From: Iphione sp. A-MEVVRFRX5
Lineage: Eukaryota
Reading direction: 5' to 3'
NCBI GenBank assembly: GCA_976226885.1
Contig: OZ320322.1
Location: 27,218,001 to 27,282,000, forward strand
DNA length: 64,000 nt
How positions within the stretch are numbered: the first letter of the stretch is position 1; each line of letters starts with the position of its first letter. A program made the position numbers and the translations under genes. The notes beneath the pieces were generated by a model. It worked only from the letters and a program-made list of their open reading frames with translations. It ran no database searches and was not told where the DNA came from. Below are positions 1-13,143 of the stretch, one piece after another.

Positions 1-50
1 TTTATCGTTGAGTGCGTAGGCTTTGGTGGTATTTTGTTCGCTACATTTAT

Positions 51-115
51 TTCGTATACAATGCACGATTAAAATTCAAGCTTTTCGTATACAATGCACA
101 ATTAAAATTCAAGCA
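51..115. repeat. Tandem duplication, ~33-bp unit
   Basis: TTCGTATACAATGCAC(G/A)ATTAAAATTCAAGC occurs twice. Confidence 0.9.
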
Positions 116-749
116 TGCAACATGTACAGTGTATATACATGTACATGTATATGCGAAGTGTATGCATCCATGCGTGCGTCCATGAATTGGTACATGCAAG
201 ATACTTTCCATACATGTTTTCGCTAAAACGGATCTGGTTTTCTACACAATTAATATGCAATGTGTAGGGGTGAACACACAGAGGAAACCCGCAAACAAAA
301 TTTATGCATATGGTTTTCCATGTATACATGGTTTACATACCTACATCCTACAGCATTTTTCTGGTTTGGATGGTCTTCCATGACAATAATTGACCTTAAT
401 TAATCACAGATGGTCACCAGATGTCCAGGTCAATTGAGAATGTACAGAGTTTTTATGTGCGTATCCCGATTAACCTCAAAATTCTGCATTTAATTCCCAT
501 ATATCCATGAACGTGCAGGATTTATGCACCCAAGGGAATGGACCAGTACATCTACTTGAAAATTATGTCTTGGTTTATGCCAGATGTCCCGGACACACAC
601 CCATGTGTATAAATACATGTACAAGGAAAAACCACCACATCCATCTTGCAGTTGAGCTTTGCAGTAATGCGAGAAGGGCGGTCAGGGCCACTGGCAGGAA
701 TCGGTTAGGAGAATCTTATTAGCAGCAGCAAAGATAAATATGATACCGG

Positions 750-1820
750 AGCGGTTATCGCCAGGGCACACACACCCTCACCCGCACCTACTCAGTCATC
801 AACCCGACACGGCTGGACGGCGCTGTCACAACCCCAGGTGGGTGGCAGCCGGGTTGGAGGTGGTTAAGGTCGTTAGCGGGGGGGGGGGGGAGCGAGTGGC
901 TGTATGGAAGGCCTTAAGGGCATGACCTAAATTCGTGGTCACAACGTGAGCTACTCGTAATGCGGAGGTCAGAGGTGAAAGGCGCTCACGGCAGAAAGCA
1001 ACCGCCAGCCATTTGTAAGAACAAGCAACGATGGTCCCGGCCCTTCGTCTTTAAACTAGCTCTTTACGCACTCACAGACTGAAGGGATATATACGCCTCG
1101 GGGTTAGCATATAGGGCTCAGGTCCAACCCAAACTTGGACGGAGCATTACGTCGGCTGCTGCTGTTCTTGGCATTCCACCGCGGCTCGTGCTGCCGGAGG
1201 GCTACAATCACGTTCCGGTCAGAGAAGCCCTCCGCCGACCACTCTACTCTCCGGAGAAGCTGCCACTAAAGAGGTCTATCTCTCCCCTTCTACACGGGCG
1301 TCATTAAGTACCAGCAACGGTCGAGGGCGAAGACGCCGCCACGACTGAGCGCAGCAGCCGTTTAGGAGCTCCTCTCAGGGCATCTACCCACTACCGCCAC
1401 GGAGGGGATATTATCGCACGCAAGACAAATAGGAGGCAGTAGACAGCTTATGTATCTTGGATAGGACAGCGGACTTTTAAAGCAAAGGAAGGGCAGAAGG
1501 TCACGTAACTACTGGGAGCTCGCGAAGTACCTTTTCTCACTGAATTATCGACGACAGGATCGATTGCAGATAACGGATAACTCGTTTTGTAGGTGTTTCT
1601 ACCATATATGTGCATACGTGTAGCAAACGCCGGATATTAGGCGAAGGAGACAAAAGCAAGGAGCAACGCACTACTTAACATTCTGAGGCAATCATAGACA
1701 ATGTGAGGTTGCGACGTTTCCCTGTTTACACACTGAGAGATCTGTTCGCAAATCATTCTTTGAGTGAAGGAGAACAAACAGTACCTCTGTACTAAAAAGA
1801 ACTCCATCCGCTCTCCCATT
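750..1820 (-). mobile_element. Highly degenerate Tx1/L1-clade LINE reverse transcriptase fragment
   Basis: Ordered decayed motifs across frameshifts: SPLSYPRYISCLLPP (~GCPLS..LY....EPL), Y.NDARV (~YADDVTV), HEPRWNAK (~ARVNWAK), KFGLDL (~KYLGV.L). Confidence 0.4.
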
Positions 1821-2449
1821 GGATACGTTTTTTTTTCTTTTTACACATTACATCCAATAGAAACTCGACAGAATCATATGACCTTTGGGTACACAATGTG
1901 TAACCAATTAATGCTATATTAGCAGACGGACCTACATGAAGTTTGTTCAGTCTGTACTCAAAAGGGATTAACAGCTCACAAACACCCGGTGTATAAGGAA
2001 ATGGAGGATAGTCACTAAACCCATATCCGACCTAAAACTACAGCGGCTGACGCAGGCTTATCCACCAAATTCGTAACTATGGCAACTGTATTGAGGGTAA
2101 TCCAGGGCCAGGAAGCCATCTTCCGCGTAACCATAGTTAAGGTAGGAGCTACCCATCTTACTTGAAAGTGCATCTAGACTGGCTGGGAGTTTCACTTTCT
2201 CAGAGAAAAATATATGAATGCCGTTGTATATGTTATCGACTAAAAGTATGTGCTTGATTTTTATTTATTATTTACGATCACAAAGATTTACAATGAGGAC
2301 TATATCTATCATTTGTAGGTTAATTATTTCACTTCTAATCAAAAAAGAAAATCACCACATTCCTCTTTTACAGCTTGACTATGTTACACTCTGATAATGA
2401 ACTACTAATTAGAAATATATTCATCGTGCACAAGTCAATTGTCACAAAA

Positions 2450-5250
2450 TTAACTCATACGTAGGACTATATATGTAGCTCCCTGGTATATGTGTTGTTG
2501 CTACTTATACCACTGTTTTATTGTAAAGCATGGATACCTCTACATATACGGTAGAGGTTAGGCCATAAATATTCTTTTGAATTCAGAGCTTATTTCCACC
2601 CAGCCAGATGAAAATCTAATATATATGTATACGCATATAACTTCCTTTAGGTTTTGTTACAGTTGTACATCGAAAAAGTAACCTTATAAATATGATTATT
2701 CGATTATGTATATGCAACATTCAATAATTAATATTCAGTGGAAACAACAGCATAACAAGTGATATCGTCTTCTTCTATAGCAACGATAGACTGCAAACTC
2801 CTCTTATCAGTGAAATAAAAGTTGTGTGGCTGGCAATAGTAAAAACATGAAGTGGAATCGGTACTTCTGCAAGTGTGCTGATCATCTTTCCAGGTTTCCT
2901 TGGAGCCGAAAGGCTGAGGATACAGACTGTTTAGATACACATCTAGGTCTGGTAAACAACGGCAGGTGTCAGGTCGAACCCCACTGAGGCTGAGAACCTT
3001 TCCTGGAGATAACTAACCTCAGGAAGTTTTTTTGTTGTGCGTTGACTGGTAACATTCGATATATAAGAGCGTGTTCGGTGACCTGCATTGAATTGAAGGG
3101 CATTCGATAATATGTTTTATGACAATTAAATTGATAGTGATCATTCAGAAAACGTAAGATTACGTTTATGTATACAAATGATGTATATGGCGGCAGTGCT
3201 GGCATTGCAAATGATTAGTCTGGCGATAAGATAGAACGTCTTCTCCATACAATCTCCTAGCTATTGCCAACTTTCTACATGGACCAGATTTTTGTACGTT
3301 GGTGGTCCTTAGGTGTAGATTAGGTAACATCTTGTGAAGCAGGACCTGATTATAGAAAGAGACGTTCCCTTGGGGAGAATTTCCTACCAGCAGGCACTGA
3401 GGTGAAAACAGCTTGCGAAGCAAAAATTGCTGGATATCACTGGAAGTTTATATCTCGGATAAAAAGTGCTGACGTTTGTCCTCAGTGTTTACCTTTGGGA
3501 AGTGTATTATGCCAATGGAGCTTCTCCCTCATATACATGAACAGTCAGACTCTGACATCGATACCCTCCTGCTCTCGTCTACCGCACCGAAGTTGATGTA
3601 ACTAGATTTTTGACACTCTAATTGTACGGCGCCATCCAAACTTCCATAGTCGTGATCCATGTGCCTGTATTCCAATAGTATCTCGTTTTAACAGACTTTT
3701 TAACCCGACGTAGATAACTTAAGTGAATTGCTCAACCGCATTACTGACAACTTATGCCTCGATGAATTCCCTGTGAGACCAACTGCTGGTTACACGCTCG
3801 AATCAGAGCCACGTTCGGAAGATGCTTGGAACATTTTATGCTTGTCTCCTTCAAATGTAAGTCCATATCAATTTTTATTGTAACCCATCTCTGCTGATAC
3901 AAAGATATTATTTGTTACAATGTAAAGGAAGTGCAGTGAAAAATATAGTAGAAAAGATGTGTCCAGGTATTTTACCATGGACCGAATAACTGACCCATCA
4001 CTCTGCAACAAATGGAATCTACAATTAAACATATTTGCAACTCTTCTACAAACTAAATTTTTCAAATACACGTGTTACGCGCATGCCAACAATGAAAGAC
4101 ACATATGAAAGCTCGACAATGTCCAAAGTTCTCCCTTATTCACAGGATTGGGTTGGGGGGGTCAAAGTACACCCAATAATGCCTCACCAAGAATGCACAT
4201 CACCCATAACGCTGACAGAGGGAGCAGATCCGCTTCACCAAGAATTGATTCTTTGATGGCGCTTCACCAGTAACTGTTCCTTACCATTTAGCGCCATTTT
4301 CAGACAGCCAATTATGGTTCGTTGGGAATCCATGTACCCAATGACGGTTTATCAAAATAATGTCCCCCTCCCCCCGCTTACTCAACTAAGTAAGGTCTAC
4401 AAGAATGTATAGCATGATAACACGGTCTCAGGAGGATAAGTATATTGCCCGTGTTTGAAATACTCTGAGGTCTTTACAGTTCTACTATCACACTGGACTG
4501 TTGGACTTGAACCCGGCTCTTCGTTATTTACCCATACATTATCAAAACATAGCACCAATTAAAATGACATCAACTGAAGGCGACACTGTTTTGTAGGTAA
4601 GCCACGCCTGTACAATATGTATAACGGTTCTAGTGAAACTGTTCCATTTCTATCCCCATAAGTTACACTTCGATAAACCACTTCAATATTAGTCTAAAAA
4701 TAATCTTAAAAATTTCGAGCATACATTCGAGGTCAAACACTTAGGGTCCAAGACATATAAGGGCAATGGGAATCACCGATGAAAAAAAAACTAGAGTCTG
4801 CGACATGTAGAGAGAGTTAGAAAACCGAGATGATTTGGCGCTGCGTGAAATGCTACGGAGATTGACTGACGTTTGACATTTGCTCTCCGAGGTCGGGCAC
4901 CATGTGGCTCCCGTGATTACTTGTCTTCTGTCCCTCTGTTAGATCCAGTTCCTCTGCAGCAGCACACGTTTCGGCTTTCATCGAACGCCGTCCGCCGATG
5001 CGAAAACAGGGTGTGATCTTGAAATTCTGTTTTTTTCCCGAGATTGGCTTTGAAAGACAAGTGCATGTCTTAGTTGCAAAAAAACCCGGACACATCTGAT
5101 TATAGCCCCGGTGGAATAGATGCTGGCTATAGTTACGAGAAACTGATTTACAGAGAAGTCTTCCATGATACGTTCCAGGTGCTCCTGGATAAAAACGAAA
5201 TCACTTCAAAAGAATTACGACTGTTTCCTCTATCAAATACGTTTCCAATG
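2450..5250 (-). mobile_element. Highly degenerate CR1/L2-group LINE ORF2 (EN + RT)
   Basis: LLRKL, GPP.RTKI (~GVPQGTKLGP) at ~3300, YGEDVL (~YADDT), FLNDHYQFNCHKT (~W..DN.LQLN..KT), CRST...YCQ...FTDKRSLQSI (~CIRS.LEYACQ..LTD.QS..LE.IQ), with weak EN traces at ~5000-5100. Spacing fits a ~1000-aa ORF2. Confidence 0.55.
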
Positions 5251-6349
5251 TATTTAGCAGGAGATAAATGAATACGTTGTGGCGATGGCCATAGATAATG
5301 CTTTTGCGAATTATCCCACCAGAGAGTTCCTGACAGCTGCTATATCACTGCCAAATGTGTAGTTGTGCTCTTTTCCATCAGGCTTCACACGTACATTGTA
5401 CTCGCTTTAAAGTTGCACATTAGTATCTATTAAAACTGTCTTCAGATTCTGTCATTATGGAGTAGCAATTTTCAAGCCTAGTTTCTGTAGGTCGATGAAA
5501 GCTACCAGTATAATCAAAGTGGTCTGTAAATCATACAAATATTTCCTATGAAGAAATAATAGGTAAGAACACTCTAGACCACTGTAGTCTGACCTGTTGG
5601 GCATATTATATAATGCTTTGCACAGATGCCCAGGACGAAGGAATTTGTCACAGTGCTTTGTCACCTTAACAAAACATTAATACAACGTGCTTAGTGTTCT
5701 AACAATAAAAAGCATGTAAATTCGCTTAACAAATTATCCCGGTGCTTGGTCCTTGTAACAAATGCACCCATTTTCAAGATTGCAGAACAGGTACTAATTA
5801 AACATGAATATTATGTGTTATAGTTGTATACAAGTGCTTTTGTATATGAAAAAGTAATTCCGTTCGCGTACTATCCAGACAGGTGAAGTTACATAGGGTG
5901 ATCTCGGTCTGATTCAATGGACATCTCTTGCTTGACATACCAAAGGAAACCAAAGAAGTAAGCTATGACCTTCTGACCCTGTATGATGTCTCGTGTAAAA
6001 GTGATATTCCACATATCCGCTGCATAGGGGCAAGCTACCCGTGGGTCGTTCAGTCTACCCTCTCCCCCTTCTCTAGAGAACTGTTGTCTTTGGCAAGCTA
6101 GACTACAGATATTCTGCTTGCCTTGGTTACTTCGGTTTCTATAAAATAATATCACAGCTACACTGTGTGGCAACTTGCCCGATAGAGTTGCCCCTCTAGC
6201 AAGGTGGCTCACCGCAGCCCGCTGATTTGAATCCAAGAAAATAAGGCTTACAAAACATTGATACATATAAAAAAAAGTTTGCCTCAGATGTTTACAATTA
6301 AGGCCTGTTCCAACTGTCTGTGCTGATTTAGGTCGGGCAGCCAGAGAGA

Positions 6350-9300
6350 GAGAGTTTCTGGTAGCTAGTAGAGGAAACCTGTCAACGCAGCGATACAGCC
6401 CTTAATGTATGATGACTGACAAAAAGTGGCATTAAGCTTATTGCTCCATGCCTCATTGTCACCGAACGCACTCTCTGGGGGGATTTCAGAGAAAAGGCCG
6501 CGTTTTCTAGTTGATTTGAAATGACAAGTCGGTGAGGCACGGGGCTGCGCACGGTGTCTTTTGTGTAAGGCTCGATGTTTAGATCCGAGGGTCTGTGTAG
6601 ACAAATGGTAAACAAGAGGCAGGCCCTCTCTCTCTGACAGGTGAGGCCCCAGCAGGTGCGAGCGACGTCCAGAGCATGCGCCACCAGACGGCCACTCGTC
6701 GCACCAATCGCCGCCGGGTTAGATCCTCCCCTGCCCACCAGGTGTCTCCCTGCTAGGGGGCGGGCCCTGCGTGCTGCCAGCTAGTGAGAAGGCGGCCGTC
6801 GCCATGGCGACACCATCGTGCTTCCTCGTCATGGACTGAACTCCAGCGCTGTTTCCATGGATACGCTTCGCAGCGCCAGGACGCATTTCGGATCCCTCAA
6901 GCTTCCTCAATGCATGTACTCGCTACCGTCGACTTTCGTTTTTAAACGTCCAGAAAGACGGAGTCGGGCAATCCTTTGGAAGGTCGAAAAAAAATTAGTT
7001 TGACAGCCAAGCAAGAAGTACAGAGAAACAGGTGGAATTCTCGGCGCCCAAATAACGGCGAAACCTCCAACAGAGACAAGTGGGATATACGTATGCAGGT
7101 GGACTGTAATTCACCCTGTAAAAACTGAGGGCCCAGACAGGGCCAACCAGGGAAAGAGGCTCGGGAGGCAGAGTCCATCCGCATTGACCTAGGCATCTAG
7201 GAAGAATACGAGGCAGGACACGTCCACCCTTTGCACCCAGGCTCGCCTTCGGCATCCAAAGATAATGCTTGAGGTCGCCGTTGAAGGAAGGGGAAAGTGA
7301 AGGTTTAATTCAAATCACAAGGAAGTACCCCGAACTGTTTTATACAAGAGTAACGACAGACGTATGCAGGTCTAAAGCCTCAAGAGACCCATCAGTACTG
7401 CCAGCAGTTGAGACTGGAAGAAGTTAAATATGTAGCACCTCACAGTAAAAGAATAACGTGGGCCTGTATGCATGTGTCCAGTGGCACCTGCGTGACAACC
7501 ATTGGCTAACACTGTCATTGTTTATTGACCTTCGCAAACTGCAAGGGAAACGTGTGGACTGAGACGGCCACAAGGCAGGCCATAGAGAACCTGAATTGGA
7601 TCATTTAAAGTGCTCCCTAGAACGGTGGGGGTAGTCTTTACGACTGTTATCGCTTAGGTTGAGGCGTTATCCATCCGGGCGGATGCACCTCTTCTCCAGG
7701 GCAAGATAAGGAAGACGGAGTAGTGGTATCCGATCCACTCCTCACCCTCGAAATGTGCTGAGATCCCCCTATGTGTAAAGTCTATGTGTGGTGCGGGTAC
7801 ATCAAAGTACCGGATACGGCCCATATCTACACCTCCGAACTAACGTACGCACGTATGTACACAGGTGCCTCGTCCAGGCGTCAGAGGACGTCGATGAGGT
7901 ATAATGTGTTCCGACAGGTAAAGGCGTTCGCTAAATTGCCCCGTAAATAGGCCATAAAGTTTTCTAAGCAGTCATCAATACCGAAGCTATCGGTCTGAGA
8001 CGTCATTCACGCCGATGTCAATGTGGGGACCGCGGCGAACTGACCAGAGAGCTCTCTCTTGCACGTGTTTATGTTAGAAGTTGCACGTCGCTCGAGACCT
8101 GGGCACAAACAATAACAAGCACAAGCTCCACTTCACCTGCTTGCCGGGAACATCGACGCGCACGATGCTCGAGAGCAAAGCGTTGCCGTTCCTATGAGAC
8201 GGGAGGCATGGTGTTTAGATTCTGTGCCTCAAAAGCTCAAAATATCCTTGTGATTTACCTCGCACCTAAACAACTGAAAGGCAACATGAGCGGTCTCTGA
8301 AATTCAAACGTCGGGCCAGTAATGGAAGGCTGGGGAAGGGATGTATAAGCTACACATGAAACGAAGCTCAGTGCAGACCTGGTGCGTTTCCGGCGTTTCT
8401 GGATGGCGCATCTTCATCTGTAATAAGCATCTACCTCGAGCATTTTGACATAGAGGAGTCAGTCAATTCAACTGGCACCAGCTTTTCTCGTACTTCTCAA
8501 CGTGTGTGTTCCATCTGGTGCTTGCAGCAGCTTGCGACCTGAAGTCGACACACGAGATAATAGCAAATATCTCCGGTAAGATGATTCCTACTGCCCCCTG
8601 ACGATAACTCGGATAGTCTTCGTTGCCACTGGTGCTAGAATGACGTAGCCTGCCCCGCAGCTGACAGAGAAATCTCAGTACGTCATCTAAAGTACTCAAA
8701 ATACTACCAGTATTCCCCAGATTTTTAAGGAGCCCGTTTCTTAGGAAACAGAGGTTAAGACAAACATCCGCTCCATGTGTTTTAGATAACAGACGTTGAA
8801 AGTTTTATTCAAATGGAGTATGAATTTTAATTATGACTAACGTATAGCGCCAGGTTTTGTGCACATTTTAGAAGAATACCAGAAGCACTAAAAACACTGG
8901 TTGTTGGCCGAATGTGCTCAGCTGGCCATTTTCAACTAAGATTCCTGCAGGCGTGGTTACGTATCCCAAATGGATGCATTCAATGTAGACCTCTGAACAT
9001 TACTATATCACTTTCCACAGCAACGGGACAGAGGAACACGTGGTCGTGTTTTTTGTGGTGGTGGTGAATGGAGTTAAAAACGGCCGGTCCTACTCTTCAA
9101 CAAGGCCACCGAGATACATGAAGGCTTGACTTGGTTGTTTTCTCCAGTTGTGTTGTACTGGTGGGATCTGACAACCGTCGCAGACAAGTGAGGGCCCCCG
9201 TATCATCCCGGCGCCCTTTAGTAGCTTATCTTCATGTGGGTGTCATCTGTCGGCCCCCTTTTTTATCGGAGATAGAGCAGAGCAGTGAAGACTTGCGTTA

Positions 9301-10900
9301 CTCAAAGTAAGGAAAGCAAACACATTGTCAGACTCCTCCAGGTGTGAGCAGAAGACGATACAGGCCTGAGGGGGTTGAGAGGAGCTGCTCGCTGGGCGAA
9401 AACCCTCGCTCGTTCTGAGCAGCTCTATAAAGCAACCAAGCGATCGCACCAATGGTCAGTCTGAGAAAGCTTTCTACCGGTGACGTTCAATAACGCGCAC
9501 CAGGACATCAGCCACCACTCATGTGATGATAGAATACCAGTTGTAGTAGTCTTCAAAGTTTGGGGCATTTGATTCGAGTTCGACTGCTTGCAACATTCCA
9601 ACAGCCTCGGTAATTGGTCTAACCAGTATCGACACTGCAGTCAAAGGATTCTCAAAGGTGAGCGATCAACAGTCCCCGTGGACACATATTTGACAAGAGT
9701 CTCATACTGCTTCCACCCTCCTCCCACCTGCTGAAGTGCCGCGCTCAGAGGACGAGGAGGACCCTGGAGGAGTGATGTGCGGATTGTGATGCCTCAACCG
9801 TATTTATAGCTTCTGACTCCTGTCTTTTTCTTGCAGATGTCTGGAAGCTCTGTCGGTAATAACCTGGCGCAAGACAAGGCTACGTCTGATATCGAGCGAA
9901 CTTAACAGCCCCCCCCCCCCAACTTCAACCTGTAGCAAATGACGTCAAGAGACGGAGAGGGAGAAAAAAACTTGCTGTCTGGGCCACGAGGTGGTCTCTG
10001 TGACAATGAGCTGCTCAACAATGGAGACACAACCGGAATCAAGGAGAGTGTGTTGAGAGAGCGGATCGCCGCTTGCTCGACTTAGGTTCCACGCGCTAGA
10101 AGTAAAGAGGGAAAAAGGTGGCGATGATTCATCACCCCAGGTGGGCATTTAGCGCCCAGTGGTTGTGACTTACCCCCTCAAGAAACCTAGCCCTAGGAAG
10201 GACGCAGCCGACAAGTGCTACAAGACAGCCAGGCGCCTCCCATACCTGACCCTCAGAGCCCATTCTCGCAACTGCTTCTCCTCTAATATGGAGTTCGTCA
10301 TGTGACAAATATGCTAAAAGTATCGTTGCATTCGTTCTTTTAGCCCTGGTAGGATAATGTCAGGGCCACTCTATGTAAAGTAGTCTCCCGGAAAAAATGA
10401 AGATTTGAAGAAGAAGAAGAGGACGAAGAAGAAGAAGATGAGGAAAGAGAAAAAATCGACCATCGCCGCTGAGTGGCGGTGATACAGACTGGCGTGGGTG
10501 TTTAGTATCTCACTTGCCCTCAACAGTTAGAGAAGAAGCCTGTTGGCCTCCACTAAATGAAGGCGTGCTTAGGGTGCCACTCTGCAAATGTCACACACAA
10601 CATGACAAAGACCCGGCCGAAGTGTCTTGCTTGAAAGTGGTTTAAATTCGTCTCGCGGTCAAAATTGCGGTCACCTCACCGGCTTTTGAGTCGTTTTCGT
10701 CTTTTCTGGAGGACAGCCGTCTCGTTTTCGTCGACCAAAAAGACGAAAAACCACATTTCAACTCCCAATTCACACGAGTAGTGCCCATTTCAACTGCCTT
10801 ATCGATACCCTCCAATCGACAGGAACAAAAAGAAGGGGACAATAATAAAGATTCCAAGGACCTGACATATGTATTTATTATACACATCATTGCCATCCAC
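6350..10900 (-). mobile_element. Highly degenerate, near full-length Tx1/L1-clade LINE
   Basis: Motifs in correct order on the - strand: PDIIL (~10350, EN), VGGG..S.LD (~9910), KCSR*MLIT.E (~KSPG.DGL..E), VNHKDIL (~DYKIL), SKHHASRL, VPGKQVKW, MT.Q..SFGY..LLRKLY, GGV..G..SG.LMY (~RGVRQGCPLSG.LY), SARMDN (~SAYADD), IGATSGRLVAHALD (~HGAIATNR.VAHLD). The 10400-10900 part (ORF1?) is weak. Confidence 0.65.
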
Positions 10901-11399
10901 TTCTAACCATGCCAACACGTGTGCAGAGTGCACATATACCAGACAGCTTTCGGATCACGTACGTCACTGCACGGCCCTCACGAGTTAGGGTCAGTTATGA
11001 GGTGAGTGGTCACTATCACACTCTAAAATATTGTGTTAGCCAATGAATATAGGATTTTTATACTTTCAACCATTAGGCAAAATTTCCATGTACCCATGTT
11101 TTCATGAGTGCGAGTGTGCCTAAATTGCATATCATTTGAATAAATGCCGCCCATTTCTACACATTATATGACTTATTTGCTCTGTTGTGCATTTTTTTCA
11201 ATAGCTCTTGTACATTTCCATGAGTTATTTATGCTGCTGTACAGTTTTTAATGAGTTATTTGTGCATTACTGCATGAGCATCTATGCTGGGCATTTATAG
11301 AAAACAGTAGAAATGTAGTAGATTTCCGAACAGACTCATCCATGGAGACATGGTCAACGTGATACACTCTATTCCTGTTTCCCAATGTAAACGTGGTAG

Positions 11400-11682
11400 T
11401 ATGCTGGATTAAATGGCGTTATATGGAAATGAGGCGTTAAGTTTTTAACAAGTGTTAAAGAATGACAGATATGTCAATGCAATTATTTCTATTAAAGAAC
11501 GGCGGCCATCTTTTCTCCTCTTTGCGTCTATGTGAGCTACTGTGACTATTTCGCATACAGCACAGACATGGATGATTGCTTTTGGCAATTAAGGCATCTG
11601 TTGGCTTGGGCAGGGTTCGAACCCAGAGCTGAGAGCGATGCTATATGAAATTCAGCACTCCAACGCACTAGACCACTGAGAC
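11400..11682 (-). mobile_element. tRNA-derived SINE head (3' extent uncertain)
   Basis: On the - strand, A-box CAGTGGTCTAGTG and B-box GGGTTCGAACCC with tRNA-like spacing, but no complete cloverleaf. Confidence 0.6.
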
Positions 11683-11764
11683 TGTACATTGTTCAGAGAT
11701 AGAAGGGTAGACTGCTTTAGTCCTTGTTACCTCTATAGTAGTCCAAGCTACCCATTGTCTTCCC

Positions 11765-12270
11765 TGTAAATCTCTGTAGAGGTGTGTGTGTGTGTGTTGC
11801 CTGTTGTGTGTCTCCTGTAACCATCTGTAGAATTGTGTGTCACCTGTTGTGTGTGCCCTGCAATCCTCTGTAAAGGTATCTGTTATCTGTTGTGTGTCTC
11901 CTGTAATCCTCTGTAGAGGTGTTTTTTAGCTGTTGTTTGTGCCCTGTAACCTTCTGTAGAGGTATCTGTTATCTGTTGTGTGTCTCCTGTAACCCTCTGT
12001 AGAGGTGTTTTTTAGCTGTTGTGTGTGCCCTGTAACCTTCTGTAGAGGTGTCTGTTACCTGTTGTGTGTGTCCTGTAACCTTTTGTAGAGGTGCCTTTTA
12101 CCTGCTGTGTGTGTCCTGCAACCTTCTGTAGAGGTGTGTATTGCCTGTTGTGTATGTTCTGTAAACTTCTGTAGAGGTGTCTGTTACCTGCTATGTGTCC
12201 TGAAACCTTCTGTAATAGTGTGTATTACCTGTGGATTTGTCTGTATGTACCTGCTGTGTCCTACCTGTCA
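11765..12270. repeat. Minisatellite, ~39-40-bp unit (CTGTAGAGGTGTCTGTTACCTGTTGTGTGTGCCCTGTAACCTT-like), about 12 copies
   Basis: CTGTAGAGG...CTGTTGTGTGT...CCTGTAA recurs roughly every 40 bp. Confidence 0.9.
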
Positions 12271-12439
12271 GTCCCCATATGTTTCTATATAGAATGAGAC
12301 CACAGAGGAAACCAGACTGTAACAGAGATCAGATTTCTCCAGTCTAGGAGGTGCTCTCCTAAGTGAGAGTGAACTGTATCACATGTGCTCCATTCATATA
12401 CACACACACAGTCATACACAGTGTCAGTTTCCCCCCCCC

Positions 12440-12441
<2 letters not shown>

Positions 12442-12484
<43 letters not shown>
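12442..12484. repeat. (CT)n microsatellite
   Basis: Direct reading. Confidence 0.95.
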
Positions 12485-12487
<3 letters not shown>

Positions 12488-12802
12488 ACCATGTGGCAAC
12501 TGTATTTGCCTGTGCTTTTTGCCACTGATGGTCACCTATGCAGTTGTACTTTGATGGTTGCCTGTGGGACTGTCTAAACTTGAACCCATCTCTTCAATTA
12601 CATGTAAGTACAATCGAACCTCGTCAACTGGATGCCCCCCATTCTTGCCAATTTACTCTGTATACCAGATAATCCACTTGTCAAGCCAAGCACACTAGTA
12701 TCTCTTGGTGGGGAAATTGTTGCATAATAGTAAAGTATACTTAGATTTTTACCTCATGCCTTGTGTTGCCTTTATTAAGAAGTCACAGCCTACTCCCTCT
12801 AA

Positions 12803-13143
12803 GGCCCCCCAAAAAATCGGTGTGTTTCTGGTCACCCACCCTTACTTAGTAAAACCTCACCCTACCTAAACATTTTTTTGCCCCAAAGAGTTCCAATGCT
12901 GAATTTCCTTAGATATGGTTTTTCACAGCACATGTTTTTTTGTGTAAATCAGTAGAAAACAACTAAATCCATGGAAGTCCAGCAAAAAAACTGTAAAACT
13001 CATGCTAATTGGTCAAAATTCTTCATATTGTCTTTATTTTTATTGAAAACCAGAGGAAGAAAGTGGGAAAATTGATTAGAAATACCCCCTCCCTAACTAG
13101 GCTTTTGGCTGGTCGTTACCAGAAACACAGCTATTTTTTTGCC
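12803..13143. mobile_element. PIF/Harbinger (Tourist-like) MITE, ~340 bp
   Basis: Imperfect TIRs GGC..AAAAAA..G.TGTGTTTCTGGT.AC / GTTACCAGAAACACAGCTATTTTTTTGCC, flanked by a TAA duplication (12800-12802 and 13144-13146). Confidence 0.8.
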
